From contig CAZUTR010000002.1 in assembly GCA_964623545.1 (NCBI GenBank), forward strand, positions 1-29,868: a stretch of 29,868 nt of DNA, given 5' to 3'. This document shows positions 1 through 8,713 of the stretch, in pieces. Every line of letters starts with the position of its first letter. Positions within the stretch are counted from its first letter, which is position 1. The notes beneath the pieces are model-generated. The model was not told the origin of the DNA. It worked only from the letters and a program-made list of their open reading frames with translations, and ran no database searches. The position numbers were made by a program, and so were the translations under genes. The DNA is from an uncultured Pirellulales bacterium. GTDB taxonomy: Bacteria > Planctomycetota > Phycisphaerae > Sedimentisphaerales > Anaerobacaceae.

Positions 1-2
1 AG

Positions 3-773
3 TTGAGGTTTCCCGGGACATATCCCATACATAGGGGAGAGAGATTGAGTTCACTTATAGAACGTGCCGGAGGATACACCGAACGCGCTTACCTTAAAGG
101 TACGGTCTTTACAAGAGAAAGTGCAAGAGCTATTCAGCGACAAAGAATGGAAAAACTCGTCAGACAAGTAGAAGAAGATATTCTGGTAAGCATGGACAGG
201 GCTATGGCGGGGAGTGTGGACGAAGATACCGTTAAGAGTCAGCAGATAGCTCTTCAGGCGAAAAAAGAGCTTCTCAGTAAGCTGATGGCCGCCGAGATAA
301 CCGGCAGAGTAGTTATAAAATTGGCTTGCTTAGAGGATTTCAGAACGTCGAAATATGATTTTGAGCTGGAAAAAGGGGACCAACTGGTCATTCCTGAAAC
401 TCCCGGTGTTGTGAGTATTATTGGAGAGGTTTTCAACCCCACATCGCTACTCTATGAAAAGGGAAAAACTGTCGGCTACTATCTTCGTAAAGTCGGTGGT
501 TTGACCAGGGATGCCAATAAGAAGCAGTTAAGCGTCGTCAGAGCGGACGGCTCTGTGGTCAGTAAGTCGCAGAGGAAATTTGGAAACGTCTCCTGGGATT
601 CTGATTCGCGTCAATGGCTTTTTGGAGGTTTTATGAGTATGAAGCTGAACCCGGGTGACACCATTGTTGTGCCGAGGAAGATGGATAAATATCTCTGGAT
701 GAGAAACACAAAAGATATAACAGAGATACTATTCCAGGTTGCGCTGGCTACAGGTGTGGTGCTGGCACTGTAG
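3..773 (+). CDS. SLBB-repeat polysaccharide export (OPX; Wza/KpsD/OtnA-like) protein, C-terminal part; 5' end lies outside the window
   Basis: Repeated SLBB motifs (GERLSSLIERAGG; LEKGDQLVIP; IIGEVFNP...YYLRKVGG; LNPGDTIVVP). Frame is open from the window edge. Directly upstream of a wzz-like gene. Confidence 0.85.
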   Translation: MRFPGTYPIHRGERLSSLIERAGGYTERAYLKGTVFTRESARAIQRQRMEKLVRQVEEDILVSMDRAMAGSVDEDTVKSQQIALQAKKELLSKLMAAEITGRVVIKLACLEDFRTSKYDFELEKGDQLVIPETPGVVSIIGEVFNPTSLLYEKGKTVGYYLRKVGGLTRDANKKQLSVVRADGSVVSKSQRKFGNVSWDSDSRQWLFGGFMSMKLNPGDTIVVPRKMDKYLWMRNTKDITEILFQVALATGVVLAL

Positions 774-793
774 AATTTAGGATCTTTTTAATT

Positions 794-1822
794 ATGTATG
801 GTCTAAAAGAATACCAGAACAATGAAAAACATCAGCAAGTTACTGAAGACGATGAAATAAGTCTTATTGGTTATTTTTTCGTACTTTTCAAATACCGTAG
901 AATGATACTGTGGATTTGCGGAATTGCTGTTGTAATTGCGGCGATAGTGAGTCTTTCATTACCTAAGACCTATTCGGCTACAACAACAATCGTACCGCCA
1001 ATGGATATTATACAAAAATCTGCGGAGCTTGGGGGAGGATTGGGAGGGGTGAAGAGCTCTTTTATCAGCAAGGCAATCGGCGTGACGAATATTGCTGATA
1101 TGTACGTCGGCATTCTCAATAGCCGAGCGGTTGTTGATGCGATTATCGATAAATTCGATTTGATGAAGGTGTACGGGGAAAAGACGTTCAGAAGCGACAT
1201 CAGGGAAAGACTGCAAAATAACACGAAAATAAAGGTTTCTGATGATGGCATAATCAGGATAGCAGTAGAGGATAGAAGTCCCGACAGGGCTGCAGCTATT
1301 GCTAATGCCTATGTTGAAGAACTTGACCAACAGAATAAGCGACTATCTGCAGGTCAGGCTACAAGTAAAAAGGAGTTTCTGGAAAATCGACTGAAGGAAA
1401 TAGAAAAAAAGCTCAGCGAGATTGATAACATCCTGAGTCGAGAGGCAAAGATTCAGGAGATGCTGTTTGAGTTACTCACCCGGGAATGTGAGGTTGCAAA
1501 AATTGAAGAAGCCAAAAGTATGCCTACGATACAGGTTCTTGACAAAGCAGATGTTCCGGAAAAGAAATGTAAGCCTAACCGAAGACAGATGGTTATGGTT
1601 TCCGCGATGGTTTCCTTTATTATAGCTGTAATCGCAGCATTTGGATGTGAGTATTTCGCAAAGATAAAAAGAATAGGCGTTGGGCTTCAACAGGGATTAT
1701 CATTTAAGTCCACTCCACAGAGGAAGGGAGCAAGTAATCTTCGAGACCTCGAGAGCAAGCGTAAAATTGTTGCAGAGCAGAGGATGCGAGCCCATGAGGG
1801 CTTTTCCGAGAAGGTTGGTTGA
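794..1822 (+). CDS. wzz: Polysaccharide co-polymerase / chain-length determinant (Wzz/GNVR type), no tyrosine-kinase domain
   Basis: N-terminal DDEISLIGYFFVLFKYRR + TM + LPKTYSAT; coiled coil; IQVLDKA-x-PEKKCKPNR + second TM. No Walker A motif after TM2. Confidence 0.85.
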   Translation: MYGLKEYQNNEKHQQVTEDDEISLIGYFFVLFKYRRMILWICGIAVVIAAIVSLSLPKTYSATTTIVPPMDIIQKSAELGGGLGGVKSSFISKAIGVTNIADMYVGILNSRAVVDAIIDKFDLMKVYGEKTFRSDIRERLQNNTKIKVSDDGIIRIAVEDRSPDRAAAIANAYVEELDQQNKRLSAGQATSKKEFLENRLKEIEKKLSEIDNILSREAKIQEMLFELLTRECEVAKIEEAKSMPTIQVLDKADVPEKKCKPNRRQMVMVSAMVSFIIAVIAAFGCEYFAKIKRIGVGLQQGLSFKSTPQRKGASNLRDLESKRKIVAEQRMRAHEGFSEKVG

Positions 1823-2174
1823 AGAAGGTCGGATAGGAACCAAGCAGCTGTAAGTCTGGTTTCTTTTTATAAAGTTATTACCGGCTTTTCTTAAAACAGA
1901 AAGCAGTTGGAGCGGCCCTTGTAGAAAGTTTACGGTGTAACCGACAGGGACGGAGTCTAAAATGGATTGATTTGCGAAAGAGACTAATGAGATTTGCCAA
2001 AGACTTTGTGTGGGTGTTTTTCGTTGCCACTGGCGCAAGAAACAGCTATGGAGATTGTTGAGTTTTAAAACTTGGAATCATTTTAGACAGATTAGGGAGC
2101 GGCCTTGGCTTGCAGGCGTACTACGTTCAGGCCAACCAAATAGGAAAAAATAGTTTGCAACAGGAGTTTTGAAA

Positions 2175-2951
2175 ATGAAAGTGGTTATATTATGTGGCGG
2201 TTTGGGAACCAGACTTCGTGAGGAGACTGAATTTCACCCTAAACCTATGATAGAGATAGGTGGTAAGCCAATCCTTTGGCATATAATGAAGATATATGCC
2301 CATTATGGCTTTACTGATTTTCTTCTTTGCTTAGGTTACAAAGGTGAAATGATAAAAGAATATTTTTATAACTATGGGATTTTAAACAATGATTTTACAA
2401 TAGAACTTGGGAATGGAAGAAATATAGAAATATGTAGCAATCATAACGAAGAAGGCTGGCGGGTCACTTTAGTTGATACTGGTGATAAGGCACTTAAAGG
2501 TGCTAGGTTAAAGCGTGTACAAAAATATATTGACGGTGACCAATTCGTTATGACCTACGGCGACGGAGTTGCTGATATAGACATTAATGCTCTTTTGGCC
2601 TTTCATAACAGTCACGGTAAGTTAGCTACGGTGACCGGAATCAACCCTGCTTCACGTTTTGGCGAGTTGAAGATTAAAGGTAACCAGGTTGAAAGTTTCA
2701 GAGAAAAATTAAAGACCGGTACTAGCCTGATTAGCGGCGGTTTTTTCGCCTTCAACAGCCGTTTTTTTGATTATCTTTCTGCTGATGATAATTGTGATCT
2801 GGAAGTGGGTCCTTTGGAAAAGATCACAAACGAAGGTCAAGTTATGGTTTATAAGCACACCGGATTTTGGGCATGTATGGATACTATCCGCGATGTGGAA
2901 TATTTGAATAAACTTTGGGATGACAATAAGGCTGAGTGGAAGATTTGGTAA
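2175..2951 (+). CDS. rfbF: Glucose-1-phosphate cytidylyltransferase
   Basis: VVILCGGLGTRLREETEFHPKPMIEIGG, TYGDGVADID, FWACMDT motifs. AGGAG at 2162-2166 favours ATG 2175 over TTG 2169. Confidence 0.95.
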   Translation: MKVVILCGGLGTRLREETEFHPKPMIEIGGKPILWHIMKIYAHYGFTDFLLCLGYKGEMIKEYFYNYGILNNDFTIELGNGRNIEICSNHNEEGWRVTLVDTGDKALKGARLKRVQKYIDGDQFVMTYGDGVADIDINALLAFHNSHGKLATVTGINPASRFGELKIKGNQVESFREKLKTGTSLISGGFFAFNSRFFDYLSADDNCDLEVGPLEKITNEGQVMVYKHTGFWACMDTIRDVEYLNKLWDDNKAEWKIW

Positions 2952-2957
2952 CAGATT

Positions 2958-4058
2958 ATGTTAAAAATGTTTAACGGCATTTTTCATGGCAAACGGGTTC
3001 TAATTACTGGGCACACTGGTTTCAAGGGTTCATGGCTTTCTGTGTGGTTGCGTGAGCTCGGCGCCGATGTAATTGGTTACGCGTTGGAGCCTCCTACGAA
3101 CCCGAGTCTTTTTGAAACCTGTAACCTTGAAAGTAAAGTGACCTCAATTATAGGTGATATTAGAAATCTCAAGGTATTAAAAGATGTTTTTGAGAGATAT
3201 CAGCCGGAGATAGTGTTTCATATGGCAGCCCAGGCGCTGGTGAGATATTCATACCGAGAACCAGTAGAAACTTATGAAACTAATATTATGGGGACCGTAA
3301 ATCTGATCGAGGCATGTCGACGTACCTCATCGGTCCGAGTCGTAATCGTTGTAACTAGCGATAAGTGCTATGAAAATCGCGGGGGTGTTTATAGCTTTAA
3401 GGAAATCGACCCAATGGGTGGTTACGATCCATATAGCTCAAGCAAAGGATGCGCAGAACTGATAACCGCAGCTTATACGAAGTCCTATTTCAATCCTGAG
3501 AACTTGGAAAAAAATGGTGCATTCATAGCCTCAGTTAGAGCAGGAAATGTAATAGGTGGCGGTGATTGGGGTGAAGATAGGCTTATTCCTGATTGCATTA
3601 GGGCTTTATTGGGAGGCAAACCGATTATTGTTCGTTATCCCAGCGCTGTTCGTTCCTGGCAGCATGTTTTAGAGCCGCTTTCTGGTTACCTTTTGTTAGC
3701 CCAACGTCTTTATCAGGATGGAGCTGCCTTTGCAGGTGGATGGAATTTTGGATCAGACAATAAGGACGCTAAGCCAGTCAGGTGGCTTGTTGACCGGATA
3801 ACTAAAATGTGGGGTGGTAATGTCTCTTGGGAAATCGACCAAGACAATAATCCACACGAAGAGCATTGCTTAAAATTGGATTGCTCTAAGGCAAAATCAG
3901 AGCTTGGCTGGTACCCACAATGGGATTTGAGATTAGCATTAAAGAATACAATTGATTGGTATAAAGCATATTGCAATCATGAGGATATGCTAAGGATGAC
4001 AATAAATCAGATTCAAAGTTACGAAAAAAGTGTTGAGGAAAAAGAAGTTCTCCAATGA
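2958..4058 (+). CDS. rfbG: CDP-glucose 4,6-dehydratase
   Basis: ITGHTGFKGSWL, VTSDKCYEN, DPYSSSKG, RAGNVIGGGDW, WQHVLEPL motifs; adjacent to rfbF. Confidence 0.95.
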   Translation: MLKMFNGIFHGKRVLITGHTGFKGSWLSVWLRELGADVIGYALEPPTNPSLFETCNLESKVTSIIGDIRNLKVLKDVFERYQPEIVFHMAAQALVRYSYREPVETYETNIMGTVNLIEACRRTSSVRVVIVVTSDKCYENRGGVYSFKEIDPMGGYDPYSSSKGCAELITAAYTKSYFNPENLEKNGAFIASVRAGNVIGGGDWGEDRLIPDCIRALLGGKPIIVRYPSAVRSWQHVLEPLSGYLLLAQRLYQDGAAFAGGWNFGSDNKDAKPVRWLVDRITKMWGGNVSWEIDQDNNPHEEHCLKLDCSKAKSELGWYPQWDLRLALKNTIDWYKAYCNHEDMLRMTINQIQSYEKSVEEKEVLQ

Positions 4059-5281
4059 ATTGCCGATTTTGCAGCAACAAACTTACACATCTTTTTGTAT
4101 CTCTTGGTCCTTGCCCTTTATCTAATTCTTATCTTACCCAGGACCAATTGAATCAAATGGAGCCGTTTTATCCTTTGGATGTATATGTATGTGAAAGGTG
4201 TTTTTTGGCCCAATTAGATGAGGTGGTGTCTGCCAAAGATATTTTCTCCTCGCAGTACGCTTACTTTTCTTCATATTCCAAGAGCTGGCTGGAGCACTGT
4301 GAAAACTATACGGAATTGATGGTTAGCCGTTTCGGTCTCAACAAAGATTCTTTTGTTGTTGAAATAGCAAGTAACGATGGATATCTGCTGCAATATTTTA
4401 AACAATATAATATTCCCGTTTTAGGCATAGAACCGGCAGCAAACACTGCGCATGCGGCCCGGGAAAAAGGCATCGAAACATTAGAAGAATTTTTTGGTGT
4501 CCAATTGGCTGAAAGTCTTGCAAAAGAAGGTGAAAAGGCCGACCTGATTATCGGTAATAACGTTTTGGCTCATAATCCTAATCTTAACGATTTTGTGGAT
4601 GGGTTGCGAATTCTCTTGAAGCCGGATGGAGTTATCACGATGGAGTTTCCCCATTTGCTCAGACTTATTGAGGGAAATCAATTTGATACGATTTATCATG
4701 AACATTTCTCATATTTCTCTTTTTATACGGTGCGAAACTTGTTCGCTGCTCATGATATTGTGCTTTTTGATGTTGATGAAATTCCTACACATGGCGGGTC
4801 ATTACGTATCTACGGCAAACACAAAGAAGATGGCTCCAAACCTATCACGAATCGCGTTGAACATTTATTAGAGAAAGAGAAATCGGCTGGCTTATTGGAT
4901 TTGAAAACATATTATACTTTTGGTGAGAAAGTCAAAACAACAAAAAGAAAATTGCTTGATTTTTTAATCAAAGTAAAAATCAGCGGAAAGAAAGTAGTCG
5001 GGTATGGAGCGCCCGCTAAGGGAAACACACTTTTAAATTACTGTGGAGTAGGGGTGGATTTTCTTGATTACACCGTAGATCGCAGTCCACACAAGCAAAA
5101 CAAGTATTTGCCAGGCACTCATATCCCAATCAAACATCCGGATAAGATAAAGGAAGATAAATCTGATTATGTTTTAATTCTTCCATGGAATATCAAGGAT
5201 GAAATTGTGGAGCAGATGGATTATATCAGGGAATGGGGAGGGAAATTTGTAATACCAATTCCAAAAGTAAGTGTGATTTAG
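4055..5281 (+). CDS. NDP-hexose 3-C-methyltransferase (TylCIII/EryBIII/NovU-like; Zn-binding N-terminus)
   Basis: CRFC...CERC zinc ligands, VVEIASNDGYLL SAM motif, FDTIYHEH, THGGSLR, GYGAPAKGNT C-terminal domain. ATGA overlap with rfbG. Confidence 0.88.
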   Translation: MNCRFCSNKLTHLFVSLGPCPLSNSYLTQDQLNQMEPFYPLDVYVCERCFLAQLDEVVSAKDIFSSQYAYFSSYSKSWLEHCENYTELMVSRFGLNKDSFVVEIASNDGYLLQYFKQYNIPVLGIEPAANTAHAAREKGIETLEEFFGVQLAESLAKEGEKADLIIGNNVLAHNPNLNDFVDGLRILLKPDGVITMEFPHLLRLIEGNQFDTIYHEHFSYFSFYTVRNLFAAHDIVLFDVDEIPTHGGSLRIYGKHKEDGSKPITNRVEHLLEKEKSAGLLDLKTYYTFGEKVKTTKRKLLDFLIKVKISGKKVVGYGAPAKGNTLLNYCGVGVDFLDYTVDRSPHKQNKYLPGTHIPIKHPDKIKEDKSDYVLILPWNIKDEIVEQMDYIREWGGKFVIPIPKVSVI

Positions 5282-5866
5282 GTGAGATTTAAAGAAACAA
5301 AACTTAACGGCGTTTATATTATTGAATTAGAACCGTTGGAAGATGAGCGGGGGTTTTTTGCCCGTTCGTTCTGCCGGAATGAGTTTAAGGAGCATGGTCT
5401 AAATCCCCGTATCGTCCAGTGCAGCATCTCTTACAACAAGAAGAAAGGCACATTACGAGGTATGCATTATCAGGTGGCTCCTCACGAGGAGGTAAAACTG
5501 ATTAGCTGTGTGAGGGGGGGAATATATGATGTACTCATAGATTTGCGCCCGGCTTCCCCGACTTACTGTCAATGGTTTGCAGTAACTCTTTACGGTTTTG
5601 ATTTCAATAGTGCTGATTCATCCATAAACGCGGATACTCACAAAGTCATGTATGTACATGAAGGTTTTGCTCATGGTTTTCAGACTTTGGAAGATAACAC
5701 AGTAGTCTCTTATCAGATGTCTGAGTTCTATCACCCGGAATGCGCCAGAGGCGTGCGATGGGATGACCCGGCGTTTGGGATAAAGTGGCCTGAAATGCCA
5801 ACTCTAATTAGTGAACGAGATAGAAACTATTCTCTTTATGAGGCTGTAGCAGGAAAACGGGCTTAA
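5282..5866 (+). CDS. rfbC: NDP-4-keto-6-deoxyhexose 3,5-(or 5-)epimerase, RfbC/RmlC cupin family
   Basis: DERGFFAR, GTLRGMHYQ, EGFAHGFQTLED, RWDDPAFGIKWP. GTG start immediately after the upstream TAG. Substrate is probably CDP-linked given the context. Confidence 0.9.
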   Translation: MRFKETKLNGVYIIELEPLEDERGFFARSFCRNEFKEHGLNPRIVQCSISYNKKKGTLRGMHYQVAPHEEVKLISCVRGGIYDVLIDLRPASPTYCQWFAVTLYGFDFNSADSSINADTHKVMYVHEGFAHGFQTLEDNTVVSYQMSEFYHPECARGVRWDDPAFGIKWPEMPTLISERDRNYSLYEAVAGKRA

Positions 5867-6058
5867 ATCTTATTGAACCATTGCCGGATAATTGGTCATG
5901 TGTTAGTTATTTGGGTGGTCTCTATTATATACGGCCGTCAAAACCCAGAGCATGCTAATTCTATTGGCAATAGTCTCGCTCATTAACACTGGCAGTATCA
6001 TCAAATCCACGAGGTTGCCACGCAAGCTTGCCGCAGTCTCTCTCCATAAGGTGCAGAA

Positions 6059-6823
6059 ACGAAAGATTTTGGTGTAGCCATTTTCGCTGACAAGGAGGTT
6101 GGGAAGAGAACAGTTGAGTATCTTCTACGGGGCTATTCTGGTCATGTGAGGTATTTGGTTCTGACTGACCAGGGTTCAGAGATTCTTTCTTTGGCTTTGG
6201 CCGCCGGCTTTGACAAGGATTTCATATTCTTCGGTAAGGACTTGTACAATGAGAGTGTCTTGAGCAGGATAAAAGAGATAAGTGTTAGCTACATTTTCCT
6301 GGCTTGGTGGCCTTTTATAGTTAAAGAGCCAATTCTTTCTCTTCCCCGAATTGGAGTTCTGAATTTTCATCCGAGTCTCTTGCCTTACAACAGGGGCAAA
6401 CATTACAACTTCTGGACCATTGTGGAAGAGACCCCCTTTGGTGTATCTATCCATTTTATTAATGAATCAGTTGATAGCGGGGATATTGTCTTTCAGAAGA
6501 AGATAGAAAAAACATGGGAGGATAATGGCAAGACCCTCTATGAAAAAGCTCAGGAAGCTATGTTTGAACTGTTTGTAGAGAGCTATCCCAAGATTGTAGA
6601 TTCACAGTACGTTCGTATTAAACAGAATAAGAACGAAGGAAGTTTTCATCTGGCCAGAGAACTGGAGCCGGCATCACAAATATTCTTGGATGAGAAATAT
6701 AAAGCTAAAGACCTGTTGAATCTGTTAAGAGCAAGGACTTTTCCTCCTTATTCTGCGTGTTATTTTTTTGACAGAGGCGGAAAATATGAAGTCACCGTTG
6801 AAATAAAAAAGGTGGAAGAGTGA
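6059..6823 (+). CDS. NDP-aminosugar N-formyltransferase (GART/Fmt fold)
   Basis: Catalytic N-x-H (LNFHPSLLPYNRG) and Asp (VDSGDI). Frame is open from 6050. The family-like N-terminal strand (VAIFADKEVGK) lies upstream of the tracked GTG 6146. Start placed at ACG 6059 behind AAGGTG; start is uncertain. Confidence 0.82.
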   Translation, partial: TKDFGVAIFADKEVGKRTVEYLLRGYSGHVRYLVLTDQGSEILSLALAAGFDKDFIFFGKDLYNESVLSRIKEISVSYIFLAWWPFIVKEPILSLPRIGVLNFHPSLLPYNRGKHYNFWTIVEETPFGVSIHFINESVDSGDIVFQKKIEKTWEDNGKTLYEKAQEAMFELFVESYPKIVDSQYVRIKQNKNEGSFHLARELEPASQIFLDEKYKAKDLLNLLRARTFPPYSACYFFDRGGKYEVTVEIKKVEE

Positions 6824-6825
6824 CT

Positions 6826-7560
6826 ATGAATCATCAGGAGTTTGAGAAAGCGAACAAAGAAAAAATTGCAGAAATGCAGAAGAGTGAGAGGGTCAAGAGT
6901 TTGACAAGAGACTGGTTTGTTCATGTGTCAAAGCATGAGTATTCTTACCATTTCACTTGGCTCGGTCGTCCTATTATTCAATTTCCCCAGGATATTGTTG
7001 CCATGCAGGAAATAATCTGGCAGACAAGACCCGATTTAATTATCGAAACAGGGATTGCCCGCGGAGGTTCTCTAATCTTTTATGCTTCTATGCTTGAGCT
7101 GCTCGGTGGCAGTGGCCAGGTTCTGGGCATTGACGTAGACATTCGGCAACATAACCGACTGGAAATTGAAAAGCATCCTATGTTTAAGAGAATTACGATG
7201 ATTCAAGGTTCATCGGTTGACCGATTTGTTGTTCAGCAAGTTTATGATTTTGCAAAAGGGGAAAAACGCATTCTGGTAGTTTTAGATTCTAATCATACCT
7301 ATGAGCATGTGTTAAAAGAACTACAACTGTATTCTCCTTTGGTGGATGAGGGTAGTTATCTTGTTGTTTTTGATACAGTTATTGAAGATATGCCGGAGGA
7401 TTCCTTTCCTGACCGTCCCTGGGGAAAGGGAAATAATCCCAAAACAGCAGTTCGGGAATTCTTGAAAACAAATGATCGCTTTGAGATTGATAAAGAAATT
7501 GAAAATAAACTGCTTATAACTGTAGCTCCGGATGGTTTCCTGAAATGCGTAAGGAATTAG
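6826..7560 (+). CDS. CmcI / cephalosporin-hydroxylase-family protein, likely SAM-dependent sugar O-methyltransferase (Rv2959c-like)
   Basis: YSYHFTWLGRPIIQFPQD, PDLIIETGIARGGSL, VVLDSNHT, PDRPWGKGNNP, ITVAPDGFL are characteristic of the family. ATG 6826 or GTG 6820. Confidence 0.85.
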   Translation: MNHQEFEKANKEKIAEMQKSERVKSLTRDWFVHVSKHEYSYHFTWLGRPIIQFPQDIVAMQEIIWQTRPDLIIETGIARGGSLIFYASMLELLGGSGQVLGIDVDIRQHNRLEIEKHPMFKRITMIQGSSVDRFVVQQVYDFAKGEKRILVVLDSNHTYEHVLKELQLYSPLVDEGSYLVVFDTVIEDMPEDSFPDRPWGKGNNPKTAVREFLKTNDRFEIDKEIENKLLITVAPDGFLKCVRN

Positions 7561-8684
7561 TCGCAGAACGTATCCCTGTATCGGGCCCTTGGATTACTCA
7601 GAAAGAGATTGATTACGTAACCGATGCAGCAACAAACGCCTGGTATGGTGAAGCCAACGTATACAACGAGCGTTTCGAAAAGGCGTTTGCAGAATACGTA
7701 CGTGTACGCTTTGCTATTTCCCTGCCCTCTTGTACTTCTGCTATCCATTTATCTCTTTTGTCTCTTGGCGTTGGTCCCGGTGATGAGGTTATTGTTCCTG
7801 ATATAACCTGGATTGCCACTTCAGCTCCAATTACTTATGTTGGAGCAACTACTGTTTTTGCCGATATTGATCAAGACACCTGGTGCTTATCAGCGGAGTC
7901 GTTTGAGCAGTGCGTAACACCACGGACCAAAGCTGTTATTCCGGTAGATCTCTATGGTGGGATGCCAGCTATGGATAGTATTTGTGAAATTGCTCAGCGG
8001 CATGGAATTGCTGTAATAGAAGACGCTGCTGAAGCTATCGGTTCTGAATATAAGGGTCAGAGAGCCGGCAGTTTTGGAGATACGGGAGTGTTTAGTTTCC
8101 ATGGTTCCAAGACCCTGACCACCGGTGAAGGTGGGATGTTGGTGACCGATAGCGAATATTTGCGCAATCGAGCGCTTGTTCTCCGCGATCATGGGCGTCC
8201 TCCTGGCGACACGATGTTCTGCAATACGGACGTCGCCTTCAAATACAAGATGAGCAGCATGCAGGCGGCGTTGGGCACGGGCCAGATTGAACGAATTGAG
8301 GAATTGATTGACCGAAAACGACGGATTTTTTCCTGGTATAAAGAAAGACTGAAAGATGTCGAGGCGGTTACGCTGAATTACGAGGCCGAGGATGTGAAAA
8401 ATACTTATTGGATGGTGTCGGTTATCATCGATAAGAAACTGGGATTGAAAAAGGAACAATTGATGAAATTGCTTGCGGAGAAAAACATAGAAAGCCGCCC
8501 GTTTTTCCGGCCTTTGAGTTCCATTCCCGCCTACAAGGGTTGTGAGCAGGCTGAGCTTGCAAGGAGCCGCAATCATGTAAGCTACAGTATTGCTCCTTTT
8601 GGAGTGAATCTTCCCAGCGGATTGAACTTGGATGAAGAAAAGGTTGAATATGTTTGCGACGTCTTGCGTGACCTGCTCTGCTGA
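7545..8684 (+). CDS. DegT/DnrJ/EryC1/StrS PLP-dependent sugar aminotransferase (perosamine-synthase-like)
   Basis: SCTSAIHL, GDEVIVP, IEDAAEAIG, SFHGSKTLTTGEGGM (PLP lysine), GVNLPS. Confidence 0.93.
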   Translation: MRKELVAERIPVSGPWITQKEIDYVTDAATNAWYGEANVYNERFEKAFAEYVRVRFAISLPSCTSAIHLSLLSLGVGPGDEVIVPDITWIATSAPITYVGATTVFADIDQDTWCLSAESFEQCVTPRTKAVIPVDLYGGMPAMDSICEIAQRHGIAVIEDAAEAIGSEYKGQRAGSFGDTGVFSFHGSKTLTTGEGGMLVTDSEYLRNRALVLRDHGRPPGDTMFCNTDVAFKYKMSSMQAALGTGQIERIEELIDRKRRIFSWYKERLKDVEAVTLNYEAEDVKNTYWMVSVIIDKKLGLKKEQLMKLLAEKNIESRPFFRPLSSIPAYKGCEQAELARSRNHVSYSIAPFGVNLPSGLNLDEEKVEYVCDVLRDLLC

Positions 8685-8713
8685 ATCTCCATCTATGCAC
8701 GTAACCAAATCTA

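Noticed and set aside
2030-2047. Sigma-54-like TGGCGC...GC motif (similar one on the minus strand near 26965)
   Set aside because: GG-to-GC spacing is one base off the strict -24/-12 geometry.
1969-2070. DLRKRLMRFAK / FSLP text resembling the N-terminus of four-helix-bundle (TIGR02436-like) proteins
   Set aside because: Short, needs a frameshift, and the diagnostic SGTS/ANY motif is absent; needs BLASTX to be credible.
5867-6047. 180-nt gap between the epimerase and formyltransferase genes
   Set aside because: Only short frames with no recognisable motif, repeat or strong hairpin; left unexplained.
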